Shown in pieces: positions 57,914-64,000 of a DNA stretch of 64,000 bases. A model generated the notes under the pieces. That model saw only the letters and a program-made list of their open reading frames with translations, did not search any database and had not been told where the DNA came from. Origin of the DNA: a virus; IMG/VR virus record IMGVR_UViG_3300025127_000024, positions 4,994-68,993 of that record. One strand, written 5' to 3'. Each line of letters begins with the position of its first letter. Position 1 is the first letter of the stretch. Made by a program: the position numbers and the translations under genes.

Positions 57914-60900
57914 ATGGAATTAGATCCAATACAACAACAACAACTGGTTACTTTTCAATCAAACTTTGAAGGTAGTCAAGAGGAATACGATAGACAACTA
58001 GCCGAGTTGTATGCTCAGTTTAAAAGAGAAAACGAGCAAAAAGAGCTAGCAGCTAGATTTGACAAAAGAAAAAAACAAATACTGGGAAACCAATACAGCC
58101 CTGCGGATCAAGCGGAGACCACTGCAGGTGCGAATCAAGATGGGGTCTCCAGTTTCGTGCAGGACATAGAACCGCTTTCATTGGAGTCGTTTTTAAACAT
58201 GACGCTTCAACAAAAAAGAGGACTTAGTTATGATGAGCAAAACAGATTGTTTGAAGAAGCTGAAAACAGAGAGCTTTTTAATGACTATGTTTTAGATCCT
58301 GAAAATAAGGGGTTTACAAAAAATCGTATACCAGATGATTTAAGATTAGAAGATATAGCTGGTAATCTATTTGAGATTAAAATTCCTACTGCGCAACTAC
58401 TAGAATCTCCTATTATGGAAGATTATACTAAGTTATATTATGAAAGCAAAGGTCTTAACTATGAAAAAATAAAAGAAGCTAAAGACAAAAGTGAATATAA
58501 CCAAGGAGCATTAGAGGTTTTAAAAGGGGCTAGTTATATGGAAAAGCAACCAACTGCTGACAACACAATGCTTAACATAGGTTTAGCGCTTGGCATGGGT
58601 GGTCCTGGTACACAATTAGGTGTAGGGTCTAGTGGTCAAACAGCGACCGCTAAATTTGACAAAACAACTGGCCAAAATGTTGCTCCAGAAATAAAAGAGG
58701 AATATCCAGAGTTATTTGATGATAATGGTGACTGGGCTTTTAACAGCTATGAAGAACTGCAAAAACATAGAAATAAACTTGGAGATGAAAATAGAAAATA
58801 CGCAGATATTACAGCTTCAAAATGGAACAGGGAAATAGAAAAAGAAATAGACATTAAGTTTAAAAATCTTTTAGATGAAAGCAGGATAGAGCAAAAAGTA
58901 ATGCTTGAATATATTGAAGAAAAAGCTAAAGAAACTGAAAAATTTTTATTTGATTCTTACCAAGTAACATCAGCAGATGTTGGAGACTTTGATAATAGTG
59001 GGGCTGTTGATTTTGTAGATACAACTAAAGCCTTAATAAGCAACTTTGATCAACAATTAAATATATTAGAAGTAGAAGTACAAGATAGATTAGGTATACC
59101 ATTATCTAAGTTAAACACTTTTAAACCTAGTAATGCAGATGAAGAAGCTGAACTACAAAACTTTTTAATTAAACAAAATAATTTATACACACAAGCTATT
59201 CCTTTAAATGAGGTATTAGCTGAAATGAATAGTTTAACATGGGCAACAGACTATGTTAATCAAGCGCAAAAAGTAAACCAAGTTTTAATGAACTTTGGTG
59301 ATGTCGCTAGAACAAGAGGTGAATATGAAAGTGGTAAATTTGCTTCTATAGTAAACAACGTTAAAAAAGGTTTTGTACAAGGTGAGTTAAATGATGAGTT
59401 TTGGCGAGTTGCTTATGGTATTACAGACTTAGATGATCCTGAAGAACTAAAACGTGTGTCTGAAACAGTTGCTTTATTAACAGCTAAAAACAACGGTATA
59501 TTAACTAGTGAAGTTTGGGAAGACTATACAAATGCTAAAACTGTTTCTGAAAAGTTTGAAATACTAGGTCAAGAACCTGGAGAAATTTTATTAAGTTTGT
59601 TTGGTAATTCTATGGCTCAATTCTGGGAAACAGGAGACGAGTTAATTATTCCTGTAGTTGGTGGCGCAACAGCAATAGGTGCTGGTGTAGGGTCTACAGC
59701 TGGAGGTGTTGGTGCTATCCCAGGTGGACTAACAGGTTTGCAATATGGTTTAGCTACATGGCAAGGTATTACAGCTTTAAACATGGAGATAGGTAATGCT
59801 TATCAAACAGTTATGACTGAAGCTGGGTTAGATCTTTCTAATCCTGAAGATGTTATAGCTGGTTTAAAAGATCCAAAAATAATAGCCAAAGCAGATGAAC
59901 TTGGTTTAAAACGAGGTATACCTATTGCTATAATGAATCTTGTAAGCGCCAAAGTAAGTACTAGTATGATAGGTAGAACTGCTTTATCAGGTTCAAGAAC
60001 TAAAATAGCTACAGCTGTAGGCGCTGGCTTTATAGTTGATCCAGTTTTTGAAGGAACTGGGGAACTTGGTGCTCAAGTTATTTCAGGTGAAGGTATAAAG
60101 CCTACAGAAATAATGGACGAAATGATAGGTGGTACCGCTGGTACAGCCTCTAACATAAGTGTTAAGCTCATGAGAATGAGTATATTTAACGAAGCCGCTA
60201 AGCAAGCTCAAAAATTAAAGAATCTAGACGCTATGGTAAATTCTAACTATAGCACACAGAAAATAGATGAGTTTACTAATAGGTTAGAAAAACAAAAAAA
60301 GATCACTAGTGAAGACGCTAAGGTGCTTAGAGACAATGCTAGGATTATAGATGAGGCTAATAATCAAATTAAAAACAACGCGCCTAAAGGTAAAGTAAGT
60401 AACAATGTTAAATTAAGACTTGCTGATCTAATTAAAAATAAAAAACTAATTAAATCGCAACCAGGTTTAGAAACAGCCGCTGCTAAAAGCTTAAAACAAA
60501 TAAACGAAGAAATATCTTTAATAACTAAAGACAATGCGTTAAAAAGTGAAAACAGTTTTGTTACTATAAAAGACTTTGCTAATAAACAAAAGCAAACATT
60601 AAATGCTGTTACACCGTTTTTAAAATCTTTAGGTATAGATTCTGAAGTAGAAATAATAGAAATAAACACACAAGAAGATTACAATAAACTACCATCTGTT
60701 TTTAATAAACAAAACGTTATTGATGTTTTTAAAAATTCAACTGTGTCTGCTTTTGCTAGTGAGTATGTTCAAGGCCAACCTCAATACATAGTAGTTAATA
60801 ATCAAAACGTACAAAAAAACGGAGTAGCAAACTTAATTAATCAAGGTTCTACTGATGTTGCTGCTGTTAGTGTTGCTCACGAGGTTTTACATACTGTGTT

Positions 60901-63900
60901 AGATAGAAGCTTTAACGAAACGCAAATAATAGATTTAGGTAATAAGCTTACTACATATGTTAACGAGCAAATGCTTAATGACGGAAAAAATATTTCAGCT
61001 GGTGTTGTAAGTAAAATAAACGATAGACTAAAAGTTTATGGTTCTTATAATGAAGATGGAACGTTTGTTCCTTCTAAAGAAAACCCTAACTATACAGAAG
61101 CTATGTATGCTTCAGAAGTTTTTACAGCGTTAAGTGACGAAATGTCTTTGGGTAATATACAATGGGACAGACAAGATAAAGGCTTTTGGCAAAGAGTAGC
61201 AAATGATTTAACAGATTACTATAAATTTAAAGTAGGTATAAATCCAGCTGTTATAAACGCGGCTAATATACAAACAGGTGAACAAGCTTTTAACTTTGTA
61301 AAAAACTTTAATAAAAGTTTTTATGGTGGTAGAAAATTAACTAAGAAACAAATAGCGACTACTACACCTAAAGCACCTGTTGTTGAAGAACCAACAAAAA
61401 AAGAAGTTGGTAAAAGAAAATCACAAGCATTACCAGGTGATATTAAATCTAACTTAGATGCTTTTACTGGTCCTGCTGAGTCTAGAAAATATACAGACAA
61501 CGCCGCGTTTAGAGCTACTGAAGATTTTGCTAGTGCGTTTAATGCCTTGGAAAATACAGATTTATTAGACGGTTCTATTGCTGGTTTACCAGGTGTTACA
61601 CAAGAATATTTAAATCAAAACCCTGAGTTTATTAGAGATGTAAAAGAAAGAATAGGTGAAAGATTTTTAAGAAATTATGACGCTGGTTTAAATAGTTTGT
61701 TTGGTTGGTTAACTGGTAAAAACAAAAGCGGTAAAAGTATTATAGAGTTATCAGCTGGTGATATACAAAATAGAAATAAAAGAAGACCAGGTGGTACATC
61801 ACTAGATCAAGATAGAAGAGAGGGTTCTTTTGATGTAAAAGAAACAATAGCAGCTGAAACAGATACTAACTTAAAAGATCTTGAAACAAGAAACTTATCT
61901 CCTACTAGAAAAACAAAAGAGGTAAAACAAAAAACTTTTTCTGAACAAATAAATGTTGCTCCTAGTTTACAAAAAGAAATAATAGAATCAGTAACAAATA
62001 TATTAGATCCAGAAAATAAATCTTTACCTTCTGTAACTCAACCAGAATTAAGAAAAAAATTAGAACAAGCTTTTTCTAAAGAGCTTTACAAAAAAGTAAG
62101 ACCATTATTAGGTAGAACTATAGAGCAGTACACAGAGTTTTTAAATAAAAACTATAAAGCGTTATGGGATAAGATACCGCAATCAGCTGTTAATAAAAGA
62201 TTTACAGAATTATCTACAGTAGTTAACGACCGTATGTCAGCTGCTCAATCTAATATAGCAGACAGACAGGTTAAAAACATATACGCGGGTAACGCATTAA
62301 GAATAAAAAACAATTTAACTAAGCAAGATTTTGTAGATTACTTTACAAAAGGTAAGAAAGTTAGAAGCAGAAAAGAATCATTAGCACAAGTGTTAGCAAC
62401 TGAACTTGCTAAAGATGAGGTTAACAATGTATTAATGGACAACCCAGATCTGCGAAACAGATGGATAGGTCAACAAGAATTAATGAATGATAACTTAAAG
62501 CAAAATTATATTGCTATGTTATCAGCAGCTATAGATAGAGCTACTCCTGATTCTCAAGGTTTAAGATATTCTCAAGTAGTACAAACAGCTGAAACACTAG
62601 GTATATCTCAAGAGCAATTAGTTGGTTTATTGAATGAGTTAAGTCTAGATGAAATGCAACAACAACAACCGTTGATATATGATTCTATTATAGATTCATT
62701 TAATTACTGGGTGGACAACACTGTTAAAGTAATAGGTAGAATTAACGATGGTTTTGTAAAAGTTATTAAAAATCAATTTCCTAATTTTGTAGGTAAATAC
62801 AACAACAGACTTCAAGAATATATAAACAACAAGGAGTATAATTGGGTTACTAAGTATACAGATTTAGAAGGTAACAAAAGAAAAATATATAACTCTGAAA
62901 GATATGATACATGGCTTAATGAAACTTTAGATCAAATAAAGTATATGCCGGTTGAAGCTTTAAAAGCATTAGATAAATTAAAGAACCAGAATTATAACTG
63001 GCTTTATAAAATGCATTTAAAAGATAACAGTAGTGTTAGAGGTGGAACACCTGTTGGTATGGTTTATAATGCTGACGGTAGTTTAATAAGTGAAGACAGA
63101 CAGAAAAAAGTTACACCTGAGGAATACGAAGAAGGAAGAAGAATTAGTAAAGAAGTTTTTAAAAAGAAATATGATAAAGCTGTAGCGGATGCTATTAAAA
63201 ATAATAAAGCAACCGAGCAAACAAAGGCTAAGTGGAAAAATTATAATAGCTCTGATATACAACTTGGAAATAAGGGCGCGGCAACTATGAGTCATATATT
63301 AAGTGTATATAGAAACATAGCAAACAAGCCATGGGGTGCGCAAACAAAAGCTAATGTAATGTCACGTGTAATGGGTCCAAGAGGTAAAGCTTCTTTAAAA
63401 TCAGGTTTAGCTTTGATGGATGCTTATCACTCTAGTTTAAATGATTGGGTAAACAATGAAGTTAAAGGTGGTAGAAACAGGGGTGAAGCTATGACTTCTA
63501 TATTTGGTAACATGCAAATGACTACCAATGCTATTTTTTCTGCTAGAGCATATGCTTCGTTTACTTCATTTTACTTTGTTGATGGCCCGCAAAATATAAA
63601 TGACAAGTTTACAGGTTATAAAGGTGAACACGTGCAAGACTCTTCTTCAACTACATCGTCTATATTTTTATCAATGTTAGATAATAGTTTTGAAGACAAT
63701 ATAGCTGGTATACTAGAGGGATATGAACAGTCTGCTATGCTAGAATCTGATACTAAAAAAATAGATGAAGTTGGTGGTAGAAATAGTCCTTTAGGTAATA
63801 TGAGATTTTTACTTGAACCTAAATTAGGTAAACAAATATTTAATTTAGATGGTATAAGTAAGTATCAAGAGGTGTTAAACGAATACGATCAAATATTTAG

Positions 63901-64000
63901 AACAGCTGTTGGTGCTAATGTAAGAGTAGATGACACGGCTATGAAAATTAGAAAAAGTCAAGGACCTAGAAAAGGTATTAGTGTGTGGGACTTTGACGAT
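57914..64000 (+). CDS. giant (at least 2029 aa, 3'-truncated) polyvalent virion/ejection protein
   Basis: ATG at 57914; spot-checked in frame at 60878 (HEVLH), 61382-61860 and the window end (GISVWDFDD). Absent from the ORF track, consistent with no stop in the window. Confidence 0.8.
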   Translation, partial: MELDPIQQQQLVTFQSNFEGSQEEYDRQLAELYAQFKRENEQKELAARFDKRKKQILGNQYSPADQAETTAGANQDGVSSFVQDIEPLSLESFLNMTLQQKRGLSYDEQNRLFEEAENRELFNDYVLDPENKGFTKNRIPDDLRLEDIAGNLFEIKIPTAQLLESPIMEDYTKLYYESKGLNYEKIKEAKDKSEYNQGALEVLKGASYMEKQPTADNTMLNIGLALGMGGPGTQLGVGSSGQTATAKFDKTTGQNVAPEIKEEYPELFDDNGDWAFNSYEELQKHRNKLGDENRKYADITASKWNREIEKEIDIKFKNLLDESRIEQKVMLEYIEEKAKETEKFLFDSYQVTSADVGDFDNSGAVDFVDTTKALISNFDQQLNILEVEVQDRLGIPLSKLNTFKPSNADEEAELQNFLIKQNNLYTQAIPLNEVLAEMNSLTWATDYVNQAQKVNQVLMNFGDVARTRGEYESGKFASIVNNVKKGFVQGELNDEFWRVAYGITDLDDPEELKRVSETVALLTAKNNGILTSEVWEDYTNAKTVSEKFEILGQEPGEILLSLFGNSMAQFWETGDELIIPVVGGATAIGAGVGSTAGGVGAIPGGLTGLQYGLATWQGITALNMEIGNAYQTVMTEAGLDLSNPEDVIAGLKDPKIIAKADELGLKRGIPIAIMNLVSAKVSTSMIGRTALSGSRTKIATAVGAGFIVDPVFEGTGELGAQVISGEGIKPTEIMDEMIGGTAGTASNISVKLMRMSIFNEAAKQAQKLKNLDAMVNSNYSTQKIDEFTNRLEKQKKITSEDAKVLRDNARIIDEANNQIKNNAPKGKVSNNVKLRLADLIKNKKLIKSQPGLETAAAKSLKQINEEISLITKDNALKSENSFVTIKDFANKQKQTLNAVTPFLKSLGIDSEVEIIEINTQEDYNKLPSVFNKQNVIDVFKNSTVSAFASEYVQGQPQYIVVNNQNVQKNGVANLINQGSTDVAAVSVAHEVLHTVLDRSFNETQIIDLGNKLTTYVNEQMLNDGKNISAGVVSKINDRLKVYGSYNEDGTFVPSKENPNYTEAMYASEVFTALSDEMSLGNIQWDRQDKGFWQRVANDLTDYYKFKVGINPAVINAANIQTGEQAFNFVKNFNKSFYGGRKLTKKQIATTTPKAPVVEEPTKKEVGKRKSQALPGDIKSNLDAFTGPAESRKYTDNAAFRATEDFASAFNALENTDLLDGSIAGLPGVTQEYLNQNPEFIRDVKERIGERFLRNYDAGLNSLFGWLTGKNKSGKSIIELSAGDIQNRNKRRPGGTSLDQDRREGSFDVKETIAAETDTNLKDLETRNLSPTRKTKEVKQKTFSEQINVAPSLQKEIIESVTNILDPENKSLPSVTQPELRKKLEQAFSKELYKKVRPLLGRTIEQYTEFLNKNYKALWDKIPQSAVNKRFTELSTVVNDRMSAAQSNIADRQVKNIYAGNALRIKNNLTKQDFVDYFTKGKKVRSRKESLAQVLATELAKDEVNNVLMDNPDLRNRWIGQQELMNDNLKQNYIAMLSAAIDRATPDSQGLRYSQVVQTAETLGISQEQLVGLLNELSLDEMQQQQPLIYDSIIDSFNYWVDNTVKVIGRINDGFVKVIKNQFPNFVGKYNNRLQEYINNKEYNWVTKYTDLEGNKRKIYNSERYDTWLNETLDQIKYMPVEALKALDKLKNQNYNWLYKMHLKDNSSVRGGTPVGMVYNADGSLISEDRQKKVTPEEYEEGRRISKEVFKKKYDKAVADAIKNNKATEQTKAKWKNYNSSDIQLGNKGAATMSHILSVYRNIANKPWGAQTKANVMSRVMGPRGKASLKSGLALMDAYHSSLNDWVNNEVKGGRNRGEAMTSIFGNMQMTTNAIFSARAYASFTSFYFVDGPQNINDKFTGYKGEHVQDSSSTTSSIFLSMLDNSFEDNIAGILEGYEQSAMLESDTKKIDEVGGRNSPLGNMRFLLEPKLGKQIFNLDGISKYQEVLNEYDQIFRTAVGANVRVDDTAMKIRKSQGPRKGISVWDFDD

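Noticed and set aside
63970-64000. DFDD as the catalytic motif of a crAss-type virion RNA polymerase
   Set aside because: The context (ISVWDFDD after a beta strand) fits HAD motif I better than DxDxD, and the sequence is truncated, so an RNAP cannot be claimed.
1-64000. Stop-codon reassignment, introns/inteins, integrase or DGR
   Set aside because: Core genes are intact under code 11 at normal lengths; no suppressor tRNA, integrase or reverse transcriptase was seen.

Overview
AT-rich, densely coding segment of a lytic, podovirus-type (crAss-like/Flavobacteriia-type) dsDNA phage. The host is probably a marine Bacteroidota bacterium, judged from A-rich leaders without Shine-Dalgarno sequences, a DDLPF-tailed SSB and a crAss-like terL-portal-scaffold-MCP-ring-protein order. 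There are two divergent arms. The leftward arm (2749-20525) carries early, replication and nucleotide genes: nrdAB, endonuclease, MazG, a T4 gp42-like dCMP hydroxymethylase, primase-helicase, SSB, exonuclease/ERF, a sigma factor, denV, ligase, many small ORFs and a tRNA-Met(CAT). The rightward arm (20884-64000, plus a further rightward block at 1-2674) carries GroEL/GroES, lysis genes, tail fibres, packaging and head genes, tail genes and a >2000-aa ejected polyvalent protein. Most notable unannotated signals: (i) two anticodon-less tRNA-like RNAs, one a 100-nt mini-tmRNA-like element with G3:U70; (ii) eight copies of a tripartite early promoter plus a second promoter class; (iii) an origin-like switch region with a 44-bp operator repeated at the start of an HTH gene; (iv) a probable lipoprotein gene overprinted inside terL; (v) a family of small late proteins sharing an SP-hydrophobic leader motif next to a zincin protease; (vi) a probable cytosine-modification pathway with no DNA polymerase gene in the replication arm. 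All family calls come from motif recognition by eye; no searches were run.
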